The notes under the pieces: generated by a model
Database searches by the model: none
Seen by the model: only the letters and a program-made list of their open reading frames with translations
What the model was told of the DNA's origin: nothing
Assembly (NCBI RefSeq): GCF_000281045.1
Contig: NW_008246119.1
Span: forward strand, 90,527 to 147,853
Source: Saprolegnia diclina VS20
Lineage: Eukaryota
DNA: 57,327 bases
Direction of reading: 5' to 3'
Part shown: positions 23,301 through 35,263 of the stretch, one piece after another
Numbering within the stretch: position 1 is the stretch's first letter
Layout: each line of letters opens with the position of its first letter
Program-made: the position numbers and the translations under genes

Positions 23301-25917
23301 ACAGGAGCTGGCGCGCCGAGAAGCGCTTGAACGCCACTTGCTTGCGCACGCTGAGCTTGCCGTCGACGCGGCCCTTGCACAAGTACACAAACACGTCTGG
23401 GATTTGGTCCGGGTCTTCTGGAAACACAAAGTTGTCGGTCTCCGAGAGCTGGTTCCACACCACGATGCCCTTGTTGTTTTCACGCCGCTCAAAGTTGAGC
23501 TCCATCGAACCACATGTGATGACGATCTGCATCTTGGAGTTGCGGTACGCGCCATGCGCAAGCGACGCCAACTGCGGAATGTCCGACCCCGACCCGACGT
23601 ACGCACGCAGCCGGTAGACCGCCGTGGGCGGGTACAACTCGCGCGGGAGCGGCGCTGCCTTGACGCGCATGTTGGCCTCGTCGAGGTCCTTGTTGACGCG
23701 TACGTCGAACGAGACGAGGATCCGACCGCGGTAGAACGACGCCATGTCGGGATACACGGCCATTTGGTCCTTGACCGTCTCGACTCCGTGGAGGAGGTTG
23801 CCCTTGGCGTGGTCCAGCGGCGCACCGTAGAGGTTGATCCACGTCGGCGCAATGGACCCCCCGACGCTCTTGATGTACCGCAGCGACTGGTACGAGCTCG
23901 CGACGAGCTGGTCGACGCCGACCTTGTCCCACGCCTTGGCCGCGATCGTAATCTTGTTGCTCAAGCTCGGCTCCCGCATCGCGAGCCAGAGCTCGTCGTT
24001 GAAGGCCGGGTTGAGCAAATGCCGCGCACCGCTTAGCGCCTTGATGCGCGTGCGGATCGACGGATTCGAGCCGAGACCGATCTCGACGTACGCGTCAATG
24101 CCTTGCCGCAGCCCCTTGAAGAGCGAGTCCATCGGCGGCAAATGCTCGCCGACGTGGACGGTCGCGACGAGGAACTTGATGTCTTGCTTGATACTCGGCG
24201 GCACAATGACGCCGTCGACGCCGGCTTGGCTCGGACCGAGCGGCGGCGGATGCACAAACTTGTCGCCGGGACCTGTGATCGTGATCGAGACGCGGAGGTA
24301 GCCCTGGATGCCCTTGCGCGGCGCAATGAGCGCGAGCCACTGGTTGCAGATTTGGTGGTTGAGGTTCGAGTAGATGAACGAGACATCAAACTGCGCCTCG
24401 CCAATGAGCTCGGCGCGCGAGAGCGTGTTGGCGTCCATGACGCGGAGCTTGATCGAGCCCATCTCGACCGTGTCCTTGTCCAAATTGCGAAAGTTGAAAA
24501 TGAGCGTGTCGTCCCAGACCGCCGAGAGCGCCTTCTTCTTCGTCGCCGTGTGCTGGACCTGGTCCATGACGTGGACGAAGACCACCGGGTCCGACGTGCC
24601 CGAAGCGTCTTTGGCCACCAAATCGCTGGCTACATAGCGTAAAAGTTACGAAAAATGCCAACAAACGCGAGGATCAAACCTTCGATCACGTGCACTTGCA
24701 CCGAATAGTCGCCCGACTTGATGTTGATAGCTTCGAGCGCCTTGCGCTCGGCCTCGCGCGCCCGCTCCCGGTCGACACGCTCTTTCTGAAGCTCCTCGTC
24801 AGTCTTTTTTGGCACCTGCTTGACGTGGTCCGAGTCTTCCTTCTCGTCCAGGTCGTACATCTATGGCCAGTCCCGTGAGATGACACGAGCGAGGTTAGCG
24901 TACGTCGGGCGTGGCGTTGCCTGTGACCACGTTCTTGACCTTGTCGAGGAGGTTGACCTTGCGCCGGCTGTTGGCGTCCACGATATCGTCGACGTTGGCC
25001 TTGTAGATCCACTGGATGCTCACGTTGAGCGTGCCGAGGTTGCGCTTGTTCTTGAACTTTTTGTTGAGCAGCTGGATGGACACTGACCGCTTCTGCCCGT
25101 CCGTGAGCGTGTCGAGCGAGAAGCGCGCTTTGCCCAAAAAGTTGGTCGACGTGAGGAGGTCGCCGACAATCTTGTCTTGGTCGCAGACCTCAAAGAGGAT
25201 GTCGGTACCGAGCGCCGAGACTGGAATCTCAAACGTCTCGTTCCAGACCGGCGTCAGCGTCTTGAGCTTGGTCGATGTTTTGCGCACGTCGTTGCCGACC
25301 GTGACGCGCACGAACGGGTCGCTCGCGCCGTTGCTGTCGACACTCGGGAGGTCCTTTGCACTCTCAATCTTGACGATGAGGACGTTGGGCGGCGTCTGGA
25401 GCTCGTAGCTCGCGACCGAGTCGGCCGACTCGCTGCGGCTGCTCATCTCGCGGGCCGACCGCGTCGTCGCGCTGAGCGACGGGCCAGACCCGCGCCGCAA
25501 ATTGGTCTCAAACTTGAGGTACAGGTCGCCGGTCGCGGGCCCTTTCATGCGGTCGACCGGTTGCACGCGGTACCCTCGGTTGATCGGGCCGTTGCCGAGG
25601 TTGGTGCGAATGTCCTGCATCGCAAGGTTGACTTGGCCGAGCGGCACGTCGCGGAGCATGTTCTTGTCAAAGAGCGAGAATGAGACGTACGAGACCGTGC
25701 GCACGTCGACGTCGTCGCCAAGGAGGAACGTCTCGTTCCAGACCGGGTTGACCGTGCGCATGACCTGGCCTGTCCGCTTGTCGCGACTGCGGATAAGCTC
25801 GTAGTTGCTGTTCATGAACGTGATAACGACATACGGGTCGGACGTCTTGTTGGCGCCAAAGCCATCCGTGCCAAGGATGTTCTCGGCGCGGACGACGGTC
25901 ACGAGGATCTCTTCCAT
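20387..25917 (-). CDS. Ferlin-family multi-C2 tail-anchored protein, copy 2 (tandem paralogue)
   Basis: ATG 25917 (MEEILVTVV). Colinear with copy 1 throughout, including HQDTDIHWRAKKGKAAFNYRMKFP and a near-identical TM tail (HRVMCCLCC..MYFLGP). Three introns, near 24861-24904, 24631-24680 and 22274-22335. Confidence 0.92.
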
Positions 25918-26607
25918 CGTCGGTCAAAGAGGAGGTGGCCAAATGAGCCACTTGCCCGACGCGAGAAAGGCAGCAGCAATCCGCCGCTTCTGATTGGCGC
26001 ACGCCACTTTGCCCAAATGATCGACGCGATTTGATTGGTTCGTCGAAGAGTTTGGCCCGGATTCTATTCTTCCGCCACACAACCCGGCGCAGCCGACCAA
26101 GACATCCACACGAGATGACAACAGAGTGCAACGACCGCGACAAGGTCACCGCCTAGGGCTACCGCCTTGTCGTAAACACAGATCGAGACAAGCGCTCGCG
26201 ACATCTGATCTAGACCCGTGTCGCCAATGGCGACGGTGGGCTCGCAATGCCATTTTCGTGGAGGGGTAGGCACGACGCCCTCGCATCTCGTGGCGGCGGC
26301 AGCCAGTGGCGGCTGGTCCAGCGTCAAATAAGTCGCGATTGTGCAGGTGTGTAAACCCAGCATGTGCCGGTAGCCTCCTTGGGCTATGACCTTGAGCACC
26401 ACCCCCGAAGTCAGAGCGCCTTGTACTACAGCGACCGAGACGAACATGCTCTGGTTCATCAACTCGACCATCTACGATGGTCATGGCCGCAGCCAAGACA
26501 CGATCATGGTTAACGATCGCATAAAAGTAAACCACGTGTAAAGTGCAACCAGATGGTGTAGCAAGTGCAACGACCGTTGATTAAAAAGACGGCGCGAAAC
26601 CGCTCGC

Positions 26608-29600
26608 ATGGCGGAGCGATGCTTCTGGAGCGCCCGGCCCAATGCCTCCAGCGCGTGCGAGAAGACGACGTGGGACACGTGTGGGTACGCGAGCCTTTTG
26701 CTGACGCCGATCGTCCTCCTCTGCGTCTACTGGCTCGCGTTTGGTGTCTACATGCTTCGGAAGGACGACTCGACCACCAAGCTCTTGACGTTCGACGTTG
26801 CCCGCATCCACGACCCGGTCGCTCAAGGTTGTTGTTGTCTCTATCTTGTTGAGCTCACTCACGGGGACAGGCATTGCAATTGCGCTCGCGCAGCGCCGGC
26901 ACACGACCGAGAAGCCATCGCACTTTCAGCACAACATGAAACTCTGCGCGATGTGGGCCGAGTGGCCCTCGCTCTCGTACGCGCCGCTCTCGGTCGCGCT
27001 CAAGGTCATCAGCGCCGACGAGCCGATCAACTCGGTCGTTTTCTCGCTCAACGTCACCAACGAAGTCGCTTCCGAATACATGATTCCTTGGTTGTCCTCA
27101 TTTTCCTTGTAGACCGCCAACGTTGCGATTGCTTGCTCGTGCGCCGTGCTCGTGAGTAGTCTCTGGCTCTACAAGACGTGGCGGCGTACAGGTACTTAAT
27201 CGTTGTTGTCGACAAGCTGTCTTATGGGCGGCGCTAGACGACCGGCTCTTGCGGCGGTTTGCGTATCCCATCACGTTTGACGTGCTCTACATTCCGCTCG
27301 CTTCGACGTTTCTGCGCATGGCAGTCTGTCCGCTGGGCCACGATCGTGTCGCTCTACCGGACGGGTCGACGTGCGACTGCCTCGATCGCTACGGATTTTT
27401 TTGGGTACTCCGTCCTTATGGCGAAACGATAGACAAGACAATATTGTCCACGCAGGCATTCGGGTCGATCGGTTTTGTGTCCATCTACTCGTGCGCTATC
27501 TACTACAAGATGTTTATCGAGCCGACAGGGTCGACGATGGACTTTCGCTTTGAGACAAGCTTCCAGATCATCATGGTCATGGCGCGGACCCGTACGCAAC
27601 TTTTTCTATCAAGAGTTTCACCTTTGTCTAGTCAACCCGCTCCTTTCGATGCTGGCCAACAGCGTCGGGCTGACGCACCACGCAGCGCGCGCTGTGCCAT
27701 TGACGCTCGCGTTTCTCGCATCGCTCTCGTTTCTGCTGCTCGCAGCGTACAAGACGCAGCCGGTACCGCGACGCCAATGCGATAATTTGGAGCGCTGAAT
27801 GATCTCTACTAGTGCATTGGGAGCGGCCGCCTTCCCAACAACATACGCGTGCTTTCGTTCTCGAGCTCGCTCTACACAACGCTGTGCGTGCTCGGCTTTC
27901 TTGTGGCGGGCGGCCCCCCACAAAACCTGCACTACTCGCTCGCGCTGCTGCCGCTCATCTGGGTCACGGCGTGGGTCGTCAATGGTCGACGCGCTGCCAA
28001 GTTTCACATCCCGAGTCTCACTATTGTCGAGTTGCTGCACGACAGCACGCTCCAAGCCAAGACGGTGGGCGCTATCGCAGCGCTCCATGTGAACCCCCTC
28101 AACATTCGCTCGAAAGACTATGAAGCCATTATCGCCATGGCACACAAAACAGTGAAAATCGCGCGCCTTCGTGAGCTCCACTGCCGCCTCTACTGCGCGC
28201 GCCTTTTGTGGTTTTGTCACATTGAGGTGCCTGCAGGCTCCACAAAAAACCGAAAAATTTACGTGAAAGTAGAGCTATCGCCGGGCGGGGACCCGCGTCG
28301 GGGAACCCAAGCCCGAGCTAGCACTCGTGCCCGGTCTCTGGTTCAAAGATGCGGCCAATGAAGTGCGCGTATCATCTCGGAAACTTCTCAAGGCCAAGAC
28401 GCGCAACGTGTCGACGCAGCTCTCCAAAGTCAAGATTCGGCACATTGAGCATGTCACCGGTGCCATCGCAGACAACTTGTCGGCTTGGACTCATGACCGT
28501 GGGTAGATCCAACGGCATCGACAACACATATCGACAAGCCTACCGAGCGTCGGGCCCGCCCGCCGTCACTCTACCAGTCGGTCAAGCGCCTCCTCACGGT
28601 CACGTCACCGATCTCGGGGCGCGCCACGCCATACCGTCGCAGCATCGTCAGCATCCCGTCGGTCGTCGATAGCAACGGGTACTACGTCGTCGCCATCCGC
28701 GATAAAAACTGGATCGCCAAGCTCGAGGCGCCCGACCCCGCTCTTCAGCAATTCGACGCCCTCTACCGCGCCATGCTGGAGATGCTCGAGCAAAGCTGTA
28801 CGCTGGACGACCATACAGCGATGTTTGAAGCCGCGTCCTTTCTGCTGCAATGGTACCGGTCGAGTTACTTGCATCTCAACAAAACCATCTACTTGCACAT
28901 CGTCGCGACGTTCTGCGCGCTTCCGGACATCGCGAGCGCCGCGGATGCCACGTACACGCTGCATCAACTCACGGTCGAGCTACGGACACTCCCGGCCGAC
29001 CTCTGGCTGTCCAATGCATCGGACTTGAACCGATTTGTGCAAGCTCTTGGCCACCCGAGTGCGAACACCGTCGCCTACTGCGCGGAAGTGCTCGCGCACC
29101 TCTTGGCCGCGGCCGAGACCAAGCCGTCGGTCAACTTGTACGTGCTCTTGATGCCGAGCTCGATCGCGAGGCTCCACGCGGCCTTTTCAAGTTGGCACCG
29201 CAATTACCGCATCAGCGATTGTCTCGAGCGCGCGTGCACGAGCCTCTACTGCCTTCAACTTCGCTCGAATCTCGGAAAGCGCAACTCGATTGGGATGCGG
29301 CAGCAGTCGACCGCCAAGATGTTTGTGGCGCTCGTAACGCAGATCACGTCGGTCGTCGCTCGCCCGATCGTTGAGAGCGTGCGTCGGCGGAGCTCCGGGC
29401 GGGCGCTGACCTTGCCGACGAGCACGGGCCGGCGCATCTCGGCCAATGTGTACGGTGCTGCGCGCGACGCGGCGGGAAAAGGTATTTTGCTCAATGGGTT
29501 TGTCCAGCCGACGGGTCTATCGCGGATGCCGTCCTTGTCGCACGGCGCGCAAGAGGCGGCCGTGCCGCCACCAGCCCAGCCCAAGGCCAAGCCCATGACA

Positions 29601-30083
29601 TCACAAGCGCTCTTGGCCCAGTTTGTCGCAACGTCGACGCCGGCCAGACTCGCTCGCAGCCGCACAATGCGAGAGAGCACCAAGCCACGCACCGCGAAGA
29701 AGGCGTCGCCCGACCACTTTACCTTTGTGACGCCCGAGATGCTGGCCGAGATTCAACGTCGACGGACGCTGCGTCAGCAAATGCTCGAGCTCCTCGAAGC
29801 AACGTATGCGCGCTTCCAGACCACCGCGTCTCGGACAACAACAGAGAAAGGCCGGCACAACGCAAGTGCGATCGACGTCATGATCACGTACACCAAGGTG
29901 CTGCAGATGTACGTCGAGGCCGAGGACTGCGCGATGGCCGACTACGTTGCGACCGCGCTTGATCCATCGCTGCGAACGTTTTTTCACACCAACGTGCAGC
30001 CATTCATGAGCACGTACCTCGCACGTATTCGCGCCTCACAGCGGTTGCGCGCGTGGTGGCGACGCACGTCCAACCGAAGGTAG
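26608..30083 (+). CDS. Uncharacterised multipass membrane protein, paralogue C (multi-exon)
   Basis: ATG 26608 (MAERCFWS..CEKTTWDTCG). Motifs RIHDPVAQG, CAMWAEWP, YPITFDVLYIP, MDFRFETSFQIIMVMART, CIGSGRLPNNIRVLSFSSSLYTT, RLLWFCHIE, FLLQWYRSSYLHLNKTIY. The last exon lies in ORF 28773..30083. Confidence 0.82.
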
Positions 30084-30257
30084 TTGGAGGCCACTGATAA
30101 CCTTTTTTGTCTTTTTCGAGTTTTTTCAAATTGTATTCCATCACTGCCGAAGTAGTGGCAATGGATGAGTCCGTGGACGTGGGCAAGAAACCAGTTGATG
30201 AGCGTCGAACTCGACCACGACGGCAGCCAAAATGTTGTACCCTTCGATGCTGTGAAC

Positions 30258-30330
30258 TGCAATATATATTGCAATATATATTGCAATACATATTGTTTTA
30301 ACGCATCCATCAATATATTGCAATATATAC
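30258..30330. repeat. AT-rich 12-bp palindromic minisatellite (TGCAATATATAT)n
   Basis: Units at 30258-30269 and 30270-30281, a variant at 30282-30293, and a further copy within 30311-30330. Contains the perfect palindrome ATATATTGCAATATAT. Confidence 0.9.
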
Positions 30331-30374
30331 GAGCGAAGAGCCGCGGATCCAAGCAGTTGCAAGAAAGGTCGCGC

Positions 30375-33300
30375 ATGCACCCAAGCCGCAGCAGCGGGTC
30401 GGTCCCCGCCACGTCGCCAGCGCGGTCGGAGTCGTCGCCCAAGAAGAAAAAGGTGTTTACGGTCGCGCGGCCGTTCCCATCGCCGCTTGACTTTGTCCCG
30501 ACCCACGATGCGTCTGCGGTCGACGAGCGCAAGGCCGCGCTCAAGGCCCAAGTCCGGCGCGATTGCCAAGGCAAAGTCAAATTGCACTCGGCGCTCGGGA
30601 CGCAGGACGATGTCGAACACTTTAGCGAGTACCTCACCGCGCCGATCCAAGGCGGCGCCAAGGGCATCCGGTCCGGGCTCAAGCGTATAGGGAGCAACAC
30701 GGGCTTGGGGCGAGGGCCCAGCGCCAAGAGCCTACTCGGGAACGAGACGTCGCGGTCGCGCGCGTCCACCGACACGAGCAACTACAACAACAACAACAAC
30801 AACAACAATGCGAGCTGGTCGTCGCTGCCAGCGACAACCCTCATGTCCCCGACCGAGAGCTCGCCGGCAGCGACAGTCCAGCGAACGCAGCTCATCGAGT
30901 ACAAGAAGAAGCTGCGGCAAATGCCCATCCACGAACGCATCGCGATGGCGCGCGAGAAGAACGTGCTTTTGATTTGGGAAAAGCGCAACCGGTAGAGAGT
31001 TGTGCAATTTGGGCGATCGTTCACTCGGATGTAGCGAGTGGGAGCAATTCAAAACCAAAATTTCTCAAAAGCTCCACAAGGCCCAAGACGACCTCGTCAT
31101 GAGCAAGGCCGGCGAGTACCGCCAGCAAATGGAGGAGTACGACCTTATCAACAAGGCGACACCCCAAGTCGAGAAGCACGGCAAGTACGGACCTTGGTCA
31201 TTCGCGAGAGGCAAACCACATGCAATGATGTAGCGACTACTGGACGGTGAGCTTGCGCGATGAAGGCACGCGGTTCGTGCCGGTCGGGAACGTCTTTAGC
31301 GGTCTCTTCTGCCCTATCAAGGAAGACAAGAAGCCATACTCGGAGACCATTCGCCGGTAACTTGAGCGCCTCCACGATGCTTTGATGATGATATTTGTCA
31401 GACCCTTTGACCACCATCGCAACGAGCAAACCGCGAGGAAGGCCAACGACCCGCTCGCCCTCCGGAAGCGTCAGCTCCGAAAGAACATCCAAGCCATTCG
31501 CCCGCACGTGATTGACAGTCACCATTGGTACACCGACACATGTACCAAGCGCATCCGGTGACAAGAGAAATCTGTAGTCAAGGGCTCAAGGTCGAGTCCC
31601 GTGACCTCTTGGAGTGGGCGTCGTCGTCGTCGCAGCACTACTACGATGCGCTACTCAGTCTTGAGCGCAGCCAGCCGGCGTCCGTCGCGACGTTATATCA
31701 GGAGACACCGAACCTCTCGCGCGCCAACTCGCAGCTCGCACGCGTGCCAACCGGCCGCGCGCCGTTGACCCACCGTATTGACGGCCCGTGCATTCAATTT
31801 CTGAGTCATCTTGCGGGCGACCCGATCCCAGACGAGGTAGCACTCGCGTTCCACACACCGATTCGTGCAGTGCAGTCGCTGCCCGTGTACATTGCCAACC
31901 CGAGCACGTACACGGTGCAGTTTCGCTGGGCGCAGTATGGACCGTCGCACCGCGACTTTGCCCCGAAAGCCGCGGGTCTCTCGCCGCGTACCTTTGTGTC
32001 GCACGCCCAAGGTACTATTCCTCGATCCGGAACAGTCTGTCATGACAACATCAGGGTTTCTCTTGCCGGGCGAGGTCCGGACCTTGCATTTTGGCTTTGC
32101 ATCGGCCGTGCCCGGCGTCTTTCTCGAGCGATGGAAGATCAGCATTGACCCGTCGCTGCCCGACAACAACACGGTCTTGTACGCTTCGGAGCATGCCGTG
32201 CACCTCACCTGCGTCGCCATCGATAACCGCGCGCCGGTCCACACGCGCGCGCTAATGGAGATCGCCATGAACCAGCGCGCCGTGCCCTACATGGTGGAGA
32301 CGCTACTCCGCGAGCTCCTTGGCCAAATCGAGTATCCGAATAAGATCCAAGTCGACTACGATGCCGAGGCGACGCGCGCAGCGTTTGAGGCCACGAACGC
32401 CCGCTTCTGTGCCCACTACGACCCCGAGGTACATACGATTATATTTGATACATTGCTATATTGATACTAAATGGAGTCGTAGCTCTATGGCCAAATGCAC
32501 CTGCTCTACGAGCGCGCGCAAAATCTTGTGGTCGCCGATGCCCAAGCCAAACTACTGACGCCGGCGAACGATGCCACGTCGCCTCGAACAACGATGGCGC
32601 CGCCGTTGGACCCGATGGCGTGGGACGGAGCGTTCCCAATGCTGCGGGCGATGGCCAAGGCTGCCGATGTCATTTCGGAAGCAGCTGCGATCGCGATTGT
32701 GGCCGAAGAAGCTGCGCGCAAGGCGGCGTCCGGTGAAGACGACGACGACGACGACGATGACGAGAACAAGCCTTCGACGCCCGTGTACAAGCCAGTGTTT
32801 CAAATCACGTGCTGTGAGCTCGAGTTGCTCTCGCAGTTTCGACCGCACGACGGCGTCTTCTTGCAGGCGCAGCTGACCGACCACTTTGCGGGGCTTTGTA
32901 GTGAGATCCCGGTCGTGAGCTCCATTCTCCAGCATGATCAGTCAGGAGATGCTTTTTATGACGAATTGTACTCTCAAGGGCGCGCGTTCCTGGCCCAAGC
33001 CGTCGATGAGAGCGTCGCCGCCACAATGGCCCAGGAAATTGACCAAATCGCATCCGCGCTGCAGCGTGACAAGCTCTGGCTAACGTCGGTCGCGACGACA
33101 TATCCGGCACCGAGCCCCTGTGACGACCGCACTGTCTTGTTGTACGTCGACTTGGACGTGGCGCACTGCTTTACGGTTCGCGCGCGGGAGCCCAGTGCGG
33201 GGGACGAGACCGAGGTCGGCACTGAGTGGGGCTGGATCGACGGCATCGACACTTTCATCCCCAAGAAAATTGATGCCGTTGCCGCGTGGCTCACGACACT

Positions 33301-35195
33301 CTGCGCGCAGCACGAAGCCGCGTACGACGCGACAAGCAATGTCACGGTGACGTTTGTGCTCGTGAGTCGCATGAGCCACGCGCGGGCGACCAAAGAAAAA
33401 AAGGTCAAAAAAGCGAAACGCAAGCCGCCGCTCCCGCCGCCCGACGACCCGATCCCGTCCATGGCGCCCGTCGCGCAAAAGCTCCAGGAAACCATCGGAC
33501 GGCCCGTCGAGTACCTCTGCCATGTCGAGAGTTTGCACGAGCGACTGCACAAACCTCCACTGTCCTTGTCGCCCACGCCCGCCAATCCGTCTGTGACGCC
33601 AAGCGGTAGCCCTACCCCTGGCACCGAGCCAATGACACCCCCCGAGGTGTCGATGCCGCCGTCGCTCCAGCTCAACATAATTCTCATGGAGCACATGGAG
33701 GCGCTCTTCCATCCGCCACCGCGGGTAGACCCGATCGTTGTCGACGACGCCAAAGTGTTGAAGGACGACCCGAAAGCCAAAGCGCCGGCCAAAAAAGGCA
33801 AGGGCAAAGACGACGACGAGAAGAAACCGGCGCCGGTGGTTGCGTCGCCTAGTGTTCTCTCGGTGCGCGAGGCCCCGGTGTACGCGTCGGACGACGCCAA
33901 GATGACCGCTGTGTACAATGGCACGTACGCCGATGTGGTCTCGGAAGGGTTTCGATCGCTCATTGATGTGACCGCGCTCGACTCGTTTGGCGGCGACGAC
34001 TGGAAGAGTATCGTAGCGCTGCCCGCGACACCGTTTGTCGGTCCAGCGCTCGCGACTGAGATGCGGCGTCTCGCACCGCTCTTGCAACCGTTCGGCTCCT
34101 TCCCCAACCGCGTGCGGCCCGACGGCAGTCGCCTCGTCGTTGTGCTCGGCGGCAAATCGCTCGTCTCCAAGTTGTGGCTCTTGGATTACCTGCTCGAGAT
34201 TGCCGACGCCATCTACTTGACGGGCGGCGTTGCGGTGAGTGTCGTGCGATTTCTCAATGCGTCCAAGGCTGCCCAAAAGACACTGTCGCTGCCCAACGAG
34301 CCGGGCTTGACGCTGCGTGTGCTCGATCGCGTGCGCAGCAAAGCCCGGCGCCTCCTCGTGCCGCTGCTGGTGCCTATGGATTTTCTCGTCGGGGACGGTC
34401 CCATCGAGCCAGAGGCAGACAACGAAGAGGCACCCAGCGACGATGCGCCAGGCCATACCACGGCACGTGGTGATGACGACGACGACGACGCCGACGACGC
34501 CGATGAAGACGACGACGACGAGGAAGACGAGGAGGACGAAGACGACGTACCGAAAAAGAAGAAGAAGACGAAAGTTCCCGCGCCCGTGGTCGTTCCCGGT
34601 AGGCTTGGTGTCGTATTGCAGTAGCAGCTCATGGGAGGTAGAAGTGGTCCTTGTCAACGAGCCGGACGAGGTTTGCGACCTTCGCCCGACATTGCCGTTT
34701 GAAGGCACGACTTTGCACTTGCGACACCAAGATTTGGACGAGGAAGACGCGACGGGGTGGCTGCCGCTCGAAAACATCACGCCCGACATGCTCGCCTCGG
34801 CGTATCAAGCGGTGTTGGCCAACGACGGCACGCCGCTGCCGTTGCCCCCGACGTGGATCCAGCGCGTCTACGATGTGGGCCCCCGCTCGGTCGCGAGTTT
34901 ACTCGGTCGGCTCCGTGCCCCCCACGACCCTGTCATTGTCGCAGGTCTGCCAGGTATCGTCGAGTGCCGCGACTTTCAGCAGAGTACGTCCGCGCTGCTG
35001 TCGGTCTTGCGGCCCAAGAAGGAGCGAGTCATTGTTTCGGGCAGCACCACGGCGCATTGGTTGCAGCAGCTCGACACGGACGAGACAGGTGCCAAGCTCA
35101 TAACGTCGGCGTCGGCGCGTAGCCGGAACGTCCTTTCCTACTACGTGGCCGGTCAGCGCCACCCGGCCCTGGCCGCGCTGCAACCCAAGGTCTAA
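30375..35195 (+). CDS. MYCBPAP: MYCBP-associated protein (FAP147/MYCBPAP family) with C-terminal degenerate phosphoglycerate kinase-like domain, multi-exon
   Basis: MYCBPAP-like motifs: DLVMSKAGEYRQQMEEYDLI, YWTVSLRDEGTRFVPVGNVFSGL, IANPSTYTVQFRW, GFLLPGEVRTLHFGFASAVPGVFLERW, WDGAFPML. Intron 32429-32482 joins into ORF 32495..34624, which continues into a colinear series of PGK-like motifs ending at 35195. Confidence 0.8.
30780..30809 (+). repeat. (AAC)n microsatellite encoding poly-Asn
   Basis: AAC TAC (AAC)7 AAT in the first MYCBPAP exon. Confidence 0.9.
34470..34570 (+). repeat. Low-complexity GAC/GAA/GAG run encoding an acidic tract followed by poly-Lys
   Basis: Encodes DDDDDDADDADEDDDDEEDEEDEDDVPKKKKK inside the PGK-like domain. 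A shorter (GAC)n run lies at 32738-32761. Confidence 0.85.
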
Positions 35196-35263
35196 GTCAA
35201 ACTAGCTCCAGAACAGAGCGAGACGACAATGTGTACACAAAATTGCATCCAATGAAACAAGAC

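Noticed and set aside
26064..26678. Hydrophobic - strand ORFs between ferlin copy 2 and paralogue C
   Set aside because: No recognisable domain, weak codon bias, and the candidate start overlaps the ATG of paralogue C. A small gene cannot be excluded without RNA data.
30258..30330. Repeat array considered as CRISPR-like
   Set aside because: Units are 12 bp and adjacent with no unique spacers, there are no cas genes, and the DNA is eukaryotic.
32974..34789. Long - strand ORFs (398 and 569 aa) opposite the PGK-like region
   Set aside because: Shadows of the + strand CDS; their poly-Val and poly-Ser runs mirror the GAC repeats.
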